NCBI GenBank assembly: GCA_030264375.1
Contig: JASCQW010000027.1
Coordinates: 54,015,163 to 54,079,162, forward strand
Length of the DNA: 64,000 nt
Direction of reading: 5' to 3'
Source of the DNA: Carcharhinus longimanus
Taxonomy: Eukaryota
Under the pieces are notes generated by a model that did no database searches, was not told the origin of the DNA, and saw only the letters and a list, made by a program, of their open reading frames with translations. Below, piece after piece: positions 50,098-62,600 of the stretch. Within the stretch, counting starts at the first letter, position 1. Each line of letters starts with the position of its first letter. The translations under genes were made by a program, and so were the position numbers.

Positions 50098-51028
50098 ACT
50101 CCAGCCTACATGTCCCATCGAAGGTCAATTTGGGGACCAAGAGCAAATCATGCTTCGTGCTTTGCAGTACAAGCGAGGCTTGTCACATGATTTACGCAAA
50201 GGCAATGCAACAAAGGAACAAATCAGACTACACAACATGGTGCAACAGCTTCCCCAGGCCATTATTATTGGAGTCCGCAAGGGTGGAACACGTGCCCTGC
50301 TCGAAATGCTGAACTTACACCCAGCTGTAGTCAAAGCCTCACAGGAAATCCATTTTTTTGACAATGATGAAAACTATGCTAAGGGCATTGAATGGTACAG
50401 AAAAAAAATGCCCTTTTCCTACCCCTATCAGATCACTATTGAGAAAAGCCCAGCATACTTCATCACTGAGGAAGTCCCCGAAAGAATTTTCAAAATGAAC
50501 TCGTCCATCAAATTGCTGATCATTGTGCGCGAGCCAACAACTCGAGCCATTTCAGATTACACTCAGGTGCTGGAGGGGAAGGAAAGGAAGAATAAAACAT
50601 ACTACAAATTTGAGAAGCTTGCAATTGACCCCACTACCTGTGAGGTAAACACTAAATACAAGGCTGTGAGAACTAGTATATACACAAAACACCTAGAGAG
50701 ATGGCTCAAGTACTTTCCCATTGAACAGTTTCACATTGTGGATGGTGATCGTCTCATAACTGAGCCATTGCCTGAACTCCAGCTAGTGGAGAAGTTTCTG
50801 AATCTGCCCCCCAGAATAAGCCAGTATAATTTATACTTTAATGCCACAAGGGGGTTTTACTGTCTGCGGTTTAATATCGTGTTTAACAAGTGTCTGGCAG
50901 GCAGTAAAGGACGGATACACCCCGAAGTGGATCCCTTGGTTGTCAACAAACTGCACAAGTTTTTTCACCCTTTCAATCAGAAGTTTTATCAGATCACTGG
51001 GCGGACATTTAGCTGGCCGTATAAGTGA
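50098..51028 (+). CDS. HS3ST5: Heparan sulfate glucosamine 3-O-sulfotransferase 5, second coding exon (stem + sulfotransferase domain)
   Basis: Branch-point CTGAC (50074-50078), a pyrimidine tract and acceptor attacAG (50096-50097) precede the exon. The phase joins AG+A = Arg36, then LQPTCPIEG. Motifs: 5'-PSB GVRKGGTRAL, QEIHFFD, EKSPAYF, 3'-PB VREPTTRAISDY, FYCL...KCL, KGRIHP. Stop is TGA 51026-51028. Spliced CDS is 107+931=1038 nt = 345 aa. Confidence 0.98.
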
Positions 51029-51129
51029 TCCTTGCAACACTGTGTGTTGATGTAAAGCAAAAATTTTCTATCAAAGCAGTAATATTCCATACTTTCAATG
51101 GTTGCCAATTAATTATAGTCATCCTTCCC

Positions 51130-51209
51130 AATAAATGGGATGGTGTGTTTTACTTATAAAATTATGTTTAAAGGTTCTATAACTTATTCCATTTGGTCAT
51201 TTTAATAAA
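51130..51209 (+). promoter_or_regulatory. Candidate proximal polyadenylation signals of HS3ST5
   Basis: AATAAA at 51130-51135 is followed by GT-rich ggtgtgtttt. A second AATAAA lies at 51204-51209. They are 100-180 nt after the stop. Confidence 0.45.
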
Positions 51210-54200
51210 AAGATTGATGTGAGTATAAAGCAGAGATCATTGCTTTATAATCATGTTTATTTTTTTTCTTAGAAACTTGGCAAAGGGAGCAAATTGTATT
51301 ATTAAATTTTTGAGAAATCTATTGCAGAGCAAAGTAGGCAATATTAAAAAAGTTCATTGCCTATCTGAAACTGAGATCAACCATTGCCACTCCCGTTCAG
51401 TCCCTACATGTGGTTGATGTCCGACCTGGGACAAGACAAACCAGTTTTATGTGAAGTTCCTGGATCTTTTCTGCCAATAAGAGTCAGATTTTAACACTTC
51501 CTGTATCTTTCAGTGTGAGGCTATTAGTCATCAAGGTTGCTAAGGTTTTCACTGAATCATCAACAATGAAGTGAACTTTGGAACCCTTGTACCAACTGCC
51601 CAGCTTCTGTTCTGTCCCCTGTCTGGCTTGGGGTTAGCAGAATGGAACAACCTTGGTCACACCAGAGGATGAAATCAACTGCACAACCTAATAGACCTTT
51701 TTTTTAATTTGGCTGTATGTTTCAATGGGGAATTGATATTTTCACGTAGCTTTAGTTTGTACAGTACAATCACTAGTGCATGCTCTGAAGGTTTTGATTA
51801 CATTTTTCCCTCAATTTTGACAGACTGTAGAGAACTGCTGTCATTTTGTAGTAGGCAGCAACTCACTAGACAGCTGTCACACAATTACAGTGAGGTAAAT
51901 GCATAGCCATTTTCTCTCAGAAAAACATTCCTGAAAAACGCAGTGACATAAAATATGTAAATATATTTAATAACAGGATGTATTAGATCTATTAAGCTCT
52001 AAATTACCATCAAGTTATTCATACTTTCCAGAACTTAAAATAATTCATCTCTGATGTAAAGTGTTTTACTTACTCACATCCATCTGATCTACTAAGCAAA
52101 GGAGTGAACATGTGACTCCCTAAGAATGCAGTACCATTTTGATCTTCCAGCATCTTCTTCAGTCACCACAGCTACCTGTTAGACAATAGACAAACATAAT
52201 TTTAGAGTCAAGAAAAAGTTTAGGATAAGGAATATGTGAAAATGAATATTGTGGTGTGTTGTAAAGCAGTTTTATTCCTTATCTCAAATGTTCCAGCACA
52301 ACTATAGCTGTGAAATTTTACCAGTAACTCCCACCACTGACATTAACTATTGATACATCAGTGCTTCAAATATTGACATTTAATTTTTTTAAGAAGTTGC
52401 ATGTTTCAGCCACAAGAAACATTCATTCAACAAATTACCTTTCTGTTACTTATTATTTTTAAATTGTTTTGAGCATTTCATAAACAGGTTAAGCACTTCT
52501 TATGGGAGGGAATATCAGTCAGGTTTCATTCATGATCATCGTCTAGTTACCTCCAGCTGGAGTATGTTTGCATGTGGACATTGTTTTGGAGCAAGACTGG
52601 AATCAGTTATGATATGCCCATTAATTGCACCTCAGAAACCTGAGAACATTTACTGCCTTGCCTCATACATAAAGATTGGATAGTTGGCATAGGAAAGGTG
52701 CACAGCCACATCTTAACACAAATCCGTAGCTTCACAAATGAAGGGTTGAAAACTGGGGAAAACATTTTTAAAATATATTTTTCTTTTTTTCCAGAATTCC
52801 TTAACTGAGAGCGTACCCTACTCTTACTCTTTCAGCAATGTTTATGTGTAGCCAATCAGAATTCAGGTTGATAATTGACCACTTGAGACTGGGAAATAGG
52901 TATACGGCTAATCTTAACTACACACCACCCAGTCTAGCAATCTTCAGTTACTCAAAATGCAAATCTCAATATAGATATGGTTAAAATTGAGAAAAGCCAA
53001 GGAAAAGCATCTGTCAGCATGGATTAGCTTGGCAAATCTCCCAAAAACCTCATAAACCTATCAGATTTTTCAGCTGAATTGTGTTTATTGTTAAATAGAT
53101 CTGGTTAGATGAGAGTGTTTTATTTTAGTAGGCATCTTTCAATGTTACCTTGAAAAATGATTCATTTAATGACAATGTTTAGGGTACTGCAGCTTCAAAT
53201 GGAATTCCCATGCTGTATATGAATTTTGTTTTATTTTCTGACTGCATAATTTCTGTGTTATTAAAAGTCTCTCAGAGGCTCCAAAAAATCAACAGCTTAA
53301 TTTTTCAAGTCTGATGTTTTTAGAGCAAGCATCCTGACTATTTATGTTTTAAGGTAACGTTTACTGTTGATTAGATGGAAACTCTACTTTGCCTTTTTTA
53401 CCAACAACAAACAATCAACATAACCACATGACGGAATTGTATATATGTAACATACTTTTGTAAATACTAGTTTGAAACTGAGCAGTTCTATTTTGTATAT
53501 TACTGATTCTGAACTGGATGTTTAAACTGAGAATAGATTTTCAGTTCTTTCTAACTTACTTTTGCACACTTTGCTCTCTATATTGATATCTTTCTAAATT
53601 AGGTCTTGACTCATTCTCTATACATACACAAAGCTCAAAAATATTAATACTTTCTGCAGTTTATTTCAAATGTGACTCTTATTCTTGCACAGTAGTTAAC
53701 AACTTGGCATGCTGCTGCTAACATCATTATCTGCCAAGCACTGAAAGGAAGTACACTATTTTGGAGCACATTGGAAATATCTATGTAATTGTGCAACACA
53801 AACACCTCTGCTACTAGACTGTAAAATTAATGTTTTTGTATTAGCTATCAGGATCTTATATACACTCTTATTATTTTGACTTAATTCACAATTTTCCATA
53901 AAACTAATTTCTGTTCCATATCTGTACAGCACGGCCTGTTTATGTTACAATTTGGTCTAGTGATATTACTTCAGCACTTGATATTTAACTGAAGTGATAA
54001 TCTCACTATTAAAGTTATAAATTTCCACTTAATATCTAATATTTTGCAGGTACATCTGGGTGTAATAACAAAATAACACAGAATAGACTATTATAATCCT
54101 GGGTGTTTAATTCACTTCAAGTTTGGTGTAGCAGCTGTGCATTAATGTTAAAGCCACAGACATTTCTTGGCCTAAGTGATTAGATTCTACTTTTTCCTTA

Positions 54201-57165
54201 TTAACCTTGCCTATCAGTGGAATTGAAAGAGTTAATCAGCTTTAATTCATTATCTCAGAACAACACCTTCAACCTCCTGCATCATTATGGAATTACCTTC
54301 AAGTATACAAAAATATCCTACATGTATTTGAAAACCAAGATTGTTATACATTTTGCTGCAATATGCACTAGTATTTGTAACTTGTACAGATGTTAGCAAT
54401 GAGAAGAGAAAGAAAGTGTAAATGAGCATACAACAGTCAACTACAGAAGCATGTTTATACAACTACAACTTCTGTCCATTCCAACTTAGGCAATTCACAT
54501 TTGGTAGTTACTGCTTCATGGAGAGCTAAACTTTGGGACCAATGAGAAAATGAAGAGCGGAATGGAATTCGGGGCGTGTGTGGTATTAAAATAATCAGCA
54601 AACATGAGTAAATTGTTCAGATCCACATAGACAGTGAAGCCAGAACAATAGAACTCTTTGGCCTCATTTACATCTCGAACACTGACTCTTAACTGTGCAG
54701 GACGGAAATCACCATCATCATGGCATCAAGATTAATGAAATGTTAAATCAATGCTGAGTGTCCACAGAAACAGCCTCCAGCATAGCACACATGGATGGGA
54801 AATGGTATAGAGTGCAAGTTAATGGTATTAAGGGAAAGCTTGAGACAGGGGAGGCCTAAGGTACCTTTCTGGGATCAAAAGGCAGATTACTGTTCTTCCT
54901 GACCCACAAGAAACTTTAAAAAGTATATTTTTTAAAATCTTCCCTGAGTTTCCCATGCTCTGAACTTTTATTGCTGCAAGATAGCACACAAGATGGCAAT
55001 GTGATACAAATCTGTCATTTAAATTAAGCCCAATTCCCACAGGTGAACAGCCACCTTCTGCCACAATACAAGGAAGTACAAGTTGTGAGGGGTCTGGAAA
55101 CATCTTGAGGTAAAGGACATCATTTTACCTCTCCAGCATCAATGCTCACTTTGGATTGGAGGGTTAATGTCAATCCTTGAATAATTGGCAATGACTGTTT
55201 CACTATGTTGTGTTGTTACAATGAAATAAAAGCACTAATCACTCTTAAGGATTGGTTAAACATATTTTGGGTTCATTTATTGAAACCAGGCACTTGAGAA
55301 CATTTATACAAAGACAGAAAGCTTGCGCTGCTCTCTGCTCTAAGGTTAAACTGAAACTCAGACTGGATTGCATGACATACTCCCCTTCTAGTAATGGCAT
55401 CCTGCTATCCCCTAATAGCATATTACAACATCCCTCTTTCCTTTTACAGATACTTGCCGCCTGTTCCAAAGAAATTGATCCATTTCCAATACATGTCAAG
55501 CTTACTTACCATTGTGCAAGTGTGTAGGACTGGTGAATATGATTCTCTAAAGCATAGGGGTAATCTACAACTACACTCAGATCTTGTAATGGTAACCTTG
55601 TCTGGAGGTTTCTTTAATTGCTCAGAACTTAATTGTTTATTTCCATCACACAAAATATACCAGATCAGCCAATGGACTTGTACTCTCTTGTAGGCTTAAC
55701 ATTGCAGCTCCCCTGAAACTGCCAATTTCGTGAATACATTCTGTACATTTCAATGTTCAGTTGTGAACAGCGGTGATAGGAGTAGTTTCTGAGGTTGATC
55801 ATCTGTGTGAAATCTGACTGATTCCATGCATTGTCACTCATGCGAGGTCATGGTTTACGGGTAGGCATGCAATTGCATACAGTCTCTACAATGTAAAACA
55901 GCTGTAACACCCAAGGTGACTGATAGTACTTACACTCCACGAATATGGATCCTGAACATGAAATTAGCGAACCACTGTACATTGAAAGTAGTAGGTTTCA
56001 CCAAGGCCTTACACAAATATGGCTACGCCTTTTAGAATTTGCAGAGCAAGTATGTTGCTACATGCACCTGTGTCTATCTTGGCCAATAACAATTAATTAT
56101 CCACATTCTTAAGGCAGATAATTAGAACCTAACAAACATTGAAATGGTTGACAGTACCTGTGTTCTCAATCAGATTGATGGTGCAAAATATATGTTCACT
56201 GATCTTCTTCATTGCATACATCATGGCAATTTTCCCATGTATGTTTCTGACGGGAAACCAGAGGTCATTCTTGTTGCTTGGAGATACCCATTGTGTACAG
56301 TTTGTTTAAATTAGCACACGGCTCAGCTGCATCAGCCTTTACTCTCATGTACAGCCACTGTCCATGGCCCTTTTCACCACGTGATGCAGAATTGCTAAGG
56401 AGTTGGACATTTCCATGGTGCATGTAGAAGACCACACATTTGACAAGTCTTGCTAGGTTTGGGTGTTCTAGCGAGTGCATTAACAATTGGGGTTGTATTC
56501 AGGATCTGTACATCCATGCTTGAGTAGCTCTGCGATACTATATACTTTGGGCTTGTCTAGCAAATCCTTCCAGATTGCTTCATGGAAGTGGATGCAATCA
56601 CCAACACAACAATTTTGCCTGTTAACTCTGTGTTATTGTTCAGCAACTCCCAAAGACCCCCATTATAATTGCAACCTTGTCTGGCCTGAATTTTATGATG
56701 GCTTTTTTTGCTTGCGTCTCCCTTGCTTACTATCAATCTGGCCCACATCCTGGTCACATACCCTTCCTGAATGAGCTAAACTAGTGCTTAGCTCCCACTA
56801 GTTTCCCACTATCCCACTCACAGAAATGACAGCCTTAGTACTGCAATTGCACCATGAGGGGTCAATCTGCTCGCCAGCTCTTTATGTGCGTGCTGCAATG
56901 TGTCTTCAAAGCTTTTCTGTGCAGTTTGCACACGGCATTTTCAACACTCACCAATACTGCAACATCATTGAAGTCTGACCTACATGGCATGAAGCAACCT
57001 TCAAAACATTGAAGGTCGCTTCATGCCATGTAGCCTGATCTAAGGCTATTCACCATGTCGTACCTGTACATAACCTTGCTGTCATACTTTTTGACCACTA
57101 CTGAACACCAATCACTCATAAGGTATTGGGTAAGCACGGTGTAGATTTATTTATTGAAACTTGGA

Positions 57166-57414
57166 TCATGGGAATCATAGAGTTCCTACAGTGCAGAAGG
57201 AGCCCATTCGGCCCATCGAACCTGCACCGACAACAATCCCACCCAGGCTCTGTCCCCAAAACCCCACATATTTCCCCTGCTAATCCTCCTGACATTAAGG
57301 GGCAATTTAGCATGGCCAATCAACTTAACCCGCACATCTTTGGAGTGCAGGAGGGAACAGGAGCATCCGAAGAAAACCCACACAGACATGGGGAGAAAGT
57401 GCAAACTCCACAGG
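57166..57414 (-). mobile_element. HE1/V-SINE, 5'-truncated, CR1-type tail
   Basis: Reverse complement of the body and tail of 60677-60990. Confidence 0.9.
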
Positions 57415-60400
57415 ACATTCATATGACTGTAGAAAATTTGTAGATATCAGAGTTGCGCTGTGTTCTGCTCACAGGTAAAAATGAAATTGAGACTGGATCA
57501 AACAAGACACTTCCCTTCCAGGGATTCCATGCTGCTGTTTCTTAAATGCTACAGATCCATTTTTCCCAGTATAAGTAAAGTTTCATGTTTCTATATATAA
57601 TAAATGTTCAGGAAGGATAGGCCTACATTACATCACTTCGTAACTCATAATACAGAAATTCTATGTAAATTTATAGAGGAATAGCAAAAAAAATCACTGG
57701 TGGTATTTTTAAAAATAATTACACTTTGTTGTATGCATTTGCAAATACCTCATCTCTGTGCTCTTAATGATGCTCAAGGTTACATTGATGTAAACTAGGG
57801 ATGAGGAGGAAAAAGATGGCATAATGTATTGTTAAACATAGTTAGGCTCTTTTCACAATTGTTCATTGTTGATCAAAATATCTTTCAGGTGATTTATATT
57901 TTCTAAGACAGCCACAAAACAAAAATGTCCCTGGAGCAGTTTTCTTCATTAACTAAGTGAAATGGATGTCACAGATAGCAAATGATTTGTTATTTAGATG
58001 TGTTTCATTTTTTACTCCAGAGTTATATATAGAACAGGTCAAGCATTATGTTCCATTGTAAAAGGTATTAAAAAAGTGCCAGCAACTTTTGTTATCAGAC
58101 CATAAAATATCCAATGTCTTGCATAAGCTGAAAAAGTATAAACATATACCTGGAGAGCATAAATCACGCTTTCTGTGAAAGCTTTTAAAGTCAAAAATAT
58201 GCCTGTTAGTTTATGTGTTCTTCCATACAATGTTACATGAAGCACAGAGACAGTTTTTGTTGAAATGTAATATCTGTAATTCCTGGTGTACCTTTTGTGA
58301 CAGATTTGCTGTGGATCTACCTTGCAGTCAGCTGTATTGCATATCACGCAATTTAACAGACTGTTAGGTGCAAATGACAAGAGATTGAACTCAAGCACCA
58401 AGTTCCTGGTTCCATTTGGGCATAATAGGGTTATATCACTGGGGCATTCATACAATCAAGTGCAATTTTAGTGTTTTATATCTGGTATTGAGTCTTATCA
58501 TCAAGCATTTGAATTATTGATTATTATGGCTCCTGGTGGGTGGCCTTTTATGCCAAGGCTACCATTTTCAGCTATGAACTTGGGAAGAACATCCACTCAC
58601 AAGAGGGTAGTCATACCATTCTCTGAATATTGTATACAAATATATGATACACCAAAATACGCAGCAGTTTTCTTTGTAGAAGTTGTCTCGTGCATGCAAC
58701 ACAAAGCTTTTTTTTTCCTTTCCAAAGTTATAATACATGATGTGGGACAGTGACTATAACATGCCTTGACAGTTCTTTTATTTTAATTTGTGTATTTAAA
58801 ACTGTGGCCAACTGCAAAGTCAACCTAGAATGTTTTGTGACTGACGGTCATCTCCTGAGCACGTGTGTGCACAATCTTCGCCTGGTCATTAAAATTGCAT
58901 ACATAGCATTTAAAAGTGAAGTCTAAAATACTTCAATATCACATCACAAAAATATAAAACCAAGTCCAATATGGTGAGGGAAACGCAGTTGCAAATGGCA
59001 TAATAACCAAAATATGTTTTTCCTAATCTGTTGTAAGAGGTGTACTATTATTAACAGGGGACTAGCCCAGCATCAAATGTTGCAAACCTCACTGTGGAAT
59101 TTGTAAGCATTATAACTTCTGTATATTTCACTGTACACATTTATTTGTTTATATGTAAGTAATGTATGTACTAATACTGCATTCCAATAATAAATGCTTA
59201 TGTAATATTCACCATTANNNNNNNNNNTTTCTAACTCACCTTCACAATGGTTAAGAAAAAATTGTTGTGTAGCTAAAGCAGATAACGACTACAGACAGAG
59301 TTCTCGAGAAGGTCCCTTAATACATAGGGCCATGTATTTTTATTCTTTTTAAAGGTTTATTTTGTTTCGAAATCATTGTGTGTGATACAATGGAGAAATC
59401 TTAAAGATTGGTTGATACATAGTCTTATATCTCTTTAGAAATATTAGAAAAAGGACAGTCATGAGAGAACATCAAGCGTTCTTATCTTGAAAAACAATTA
59501 TTCCTGCCTGATATAAGCATTTTGATACAGATTTTCTCCCCCATCAAAAGACAATTGCTCTGAGCAATATTTCTGTTTAGCCAGCCCCTCTTAAGAAAAA
59601 TAGTCAAGGGTATGTGATTATGTTAAGTAAATGGATATTTAAATACCTAAACTTTTCCTGCACTGAACTCTTCTAAGTGCTCCTGTTAAATTGATTATTT
59701 TTGTTTCATATGCCTAATACATTGTCCAAATTACAGCTATTATCCTGCTTAATGAGTCAAATAACACAGTGAACACCTGCAGCCCTGACATTTTCATTAT
59801 TTATATACATCACGCACCAACATACTGCAAATTCTAAATTATTCACAGTTTAGAGGTATTTTTGTACAATCGGAAACAATGAAAGGAAAACACAGCAGGA
59901 AAGTGCGACAGATACCTGACTGAGTTCCTGGGAAGTGGCAATCTATTCTCGCAAATTTACTGTGCTACTGAATTTATTCTGACACCTTCACTCTGAATAA
60001 GGCAGAGTTAACATCAGGTATTTATCAGCACACTTGAAATTTCCATTCTCCCCTTCTCTCTGTCTCCACCATATCCATTCTGACTATGCCATCTTCCCTC
60101 AGCTGAGGATTGCACAAGCAGGTATGCTGAATCCAGCAGGTAGGATCCTCCTGGATCTGACAGCCCTTACCTAAATGTTGTTGCCAGATAGGCCATGTCT
60201 AGTTAAATATAAAAAGTGGAACAGCAATAAGACCCAAAACATTATTATAATTTAAAGTGTTGACACAACTTATTGGTGACTTGTACACTTGTGTCTCAGA
60301 ACTTATGATTCAGAAATCCAGAACTGGTCACATTTACGATAGGTTTGGGTCAGGATTCTAATTTTCAGAATTTTAACCCCTCAGCCCTTTCATTTTCTAT

Positions 60401-60676
60401 CCTAACTGCTCCAAACTCACACATATGTTTAAGTTAAAACTCCCCCTTAAGAAGCAGCTTACCCAGCAGAGTGTTGCCGCTGATTGGGCCTTTGCAATGC
60501 TAACAGCAGCCACAGGTAAGTGAGGAAGGCCTGACTAGCTGAGGCAGTGATCATTGGCTAGGAGGATAAAAGACTAGTGCCCAGTGAGAGTGGGAGCAAT
60601 TGATGGCCAGGCCAGATGAGTAATTGGAGTGGAAAGTTTGGATATTAGGGGAAAGCAGCCCAGGTTCCTTTAATAC

Positions 60677-60990
60677 GGACAGCACAGTGGCAGAATCGTT
60701 AGCACTACTCCCTCACAGCAGCAGGAAACCAAATTCAATTCCAACCTTGGGTGACTGTGGAGTATGCACATTCTCCTCGTGCCTGCATGGGTTTCCTCCG
60801 GGTGCTCCGGTTTCCTCCCACACTCCAAAGGTGTGCAGGTTAGGCTGATTGGCCATGCTAAATTGTCCCTTAGTGCCAGAGAGATTAGTCGGGTAAATAC
60901 ATGGTTTACAGAGATAGAGCTAGGTAGGATTGTTGTTGGTGCAGGCTCAAAGGGCTGAATGGCTTTTTTCTGCACTGTAGGGATTCTAAT
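60677..60990 (+). mobile_element. HE1/V-SINE, full length
   Basis: tRNA-like head, V-domain gggtttcctccgggtgctccggtttcctcccacactccaaag, and CR1-like tail gggctgaatggc...ctgcactgtagggattcta. Confidence 0.92.
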
Positions 60991-60997
60991 GAATATA

Positions 60998-61120
60998 ATG
61001 TGGAGATGCCATTGGACTGGAATGGGCATAATAAGAAGTCTCACAACACCAGGTTAAAGTCCAACAGGTTTATTTGGAATCATGAGCTTTTGGAGAGCTG
61101 CTAATTCATCAAGTGAGTGG
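60998..61120 (-). mobile_element. Penelope-like element 3' end with decayed hammerhead
   Basis: aagaagtctcacaacaccaggttaaagtccaacaggtttatttgg. The minus strand reads TCAC-TTGATGA-...-CAAAAGCTC-ATGA. Confidence 0.7.
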
Positions 61121-61771
61121 AGGTAGGTTGCATATGGTCCTCAGAATGCCAGGGTCCACCAAGACACAGATAGGCACAGGAGACCACGAACGTCATTCCA
61201 GGCCATTGGGCAGCAAAGTCAATAGACTGCCTGCACTAGTACTGGCAGTGAAGGAGCAAGCATAAAATAATTAAGGAAACATATTAGGTGCACTTAACAG
61301 ATGATTAGATAGGAGAGATGTTACAATTTGTGTGCATCAATGTTTATCATAAAAGGTGTGATTTGTTTTCTTGGCATTTTCATTTACTGTTAGAGGCCCA
61401 CTGGAAGTGCAGGAGTGTTTTTTTGGAGGGGCCGTGGACTTTGTGATCATCTTTTTGACTGTGCAGAGGAACCAGGTGGCATTCACTGAGGGAACCTGGG
61501 CTTGCAACCAATGTAAATGGCAACAATGGAGGTTAAATATGAACCTTGATAAGGTAGGATGGCTACACCGGAAAGGGTTATCTGAATCGGTATGCATGAG
61601 CACCTCCATTCCTCCTTTGCACCAATGTCATTGTCACCTCACACTGCCCATTTAAGCAGCCCTTTAAGTAGCCTCTCATCTGGATGCTGCAATTGGTCAT
61701 TGTCCTCCAACCTCCACATCTGTGGATGCCTTGCACTCCACCAAATCTTCATTGGCTGATGCCTCCTTCCT

Positions 61772-62600
61772 TATAGGGCCAGGTTATGCAAAGTGCAGAT
61801 GGCCACAATGATTTAGATGATTCTCTCTGGAGCACGTGTCTCCTCTGAATGATCCAAGAACCAGAATTTAATTTTAGGATACCTAAGGCCTGATCAATGG
61901 TGGTTCAGGTCACCATGTGGCTGATGTTTCTCACTGTGTCAGCAGCCCATTCTGCAGCTTTCCCCAACTTCTTCATGCTGAGGTTGACCATACAGGTGGG
62001 TATCTATTGTCAGCAAGAATCAACCCCGAAGGGCATGTGGATGGAGGGCTGAGGTGGGCGATGAAAGGGGAGAAAAAGCTCAGACATCTGGGAGTGCCTG
62101 AGTATGTAAGCATCATGGCAGCTTCCAGAGTACCATGCACACCTCTGCTCGATCCACTAGTGGTGGTCACATTCCAGTTGCATGTTAATGGAACGAAATG
62201 CCTTCCTGTTAATGAAGACCGCTGGGCTGGCCTGTGAGAATCTTAATGGCTATGTTTGTGCAGTCTATGAGGGCTTGATCCTAAGGGAATCCAGAGATGG
62301 CACCAAATGCTTTGCTTCTACTCAGTCTGACTGTCTGCATCAATTCAGTGGTGTGCGTATTGACTGGTTGTCATGCTGAGGGTATCACTACCTGTAATGA
62401 ACCAAATGCATTGAAATTAAGGATAGTGGTGACTTTCACAAGAAAGAATAGTGGCCACCAATTGGCCACTAATACAACCAGAGCTCAGCTCCTGAGCATT
62501 ATGGTCAGATGAGTCTCCCACAACACTTCCACACTGATATCTGAAGATACCTCACCCTCTGTTTGTATAGCTTTGGCACAGGATACCTCCATGCTGGCAA
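61772..62600 (-). pseudogene. PIF/Harbinger (HARBI1-like) DDE transposase pseudogene
   Basis: Minus strand reads, in order: RYPVPKLYKQRVRYLQIS, VKVTTILNFNAFGSLQ, FGAISGFP*DQALIDCTNIAIK, FINRKAFRSINMQLECDH, YSGSCHDAYILR, GLILADNRYP, SHMVT*TTIDQALGILK and PERII*IIVAICTLHNLA. It has multiple stops and frameshifts. Confidence 0.9.

Noticed and set aside
50022-51050. Alternative-frame and antisense ORFs overlapping the HS3ST5 exon
   Set aside because: They are short, have no recognisable motifs and are expected as shadows of a real CDS.
60677-60750. tRNA-like sequence with A/B boxes (also 4707, 8806, 33151)
   Set aside because: These are SINE heads that continue into SINE bodies, with no complete cloverleaf.
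61772-62600. Possible domesticated HARBI1-like host gene
   Set aside because: Multiple in-frame stops and frameshifts indicate a dead transposon copy.
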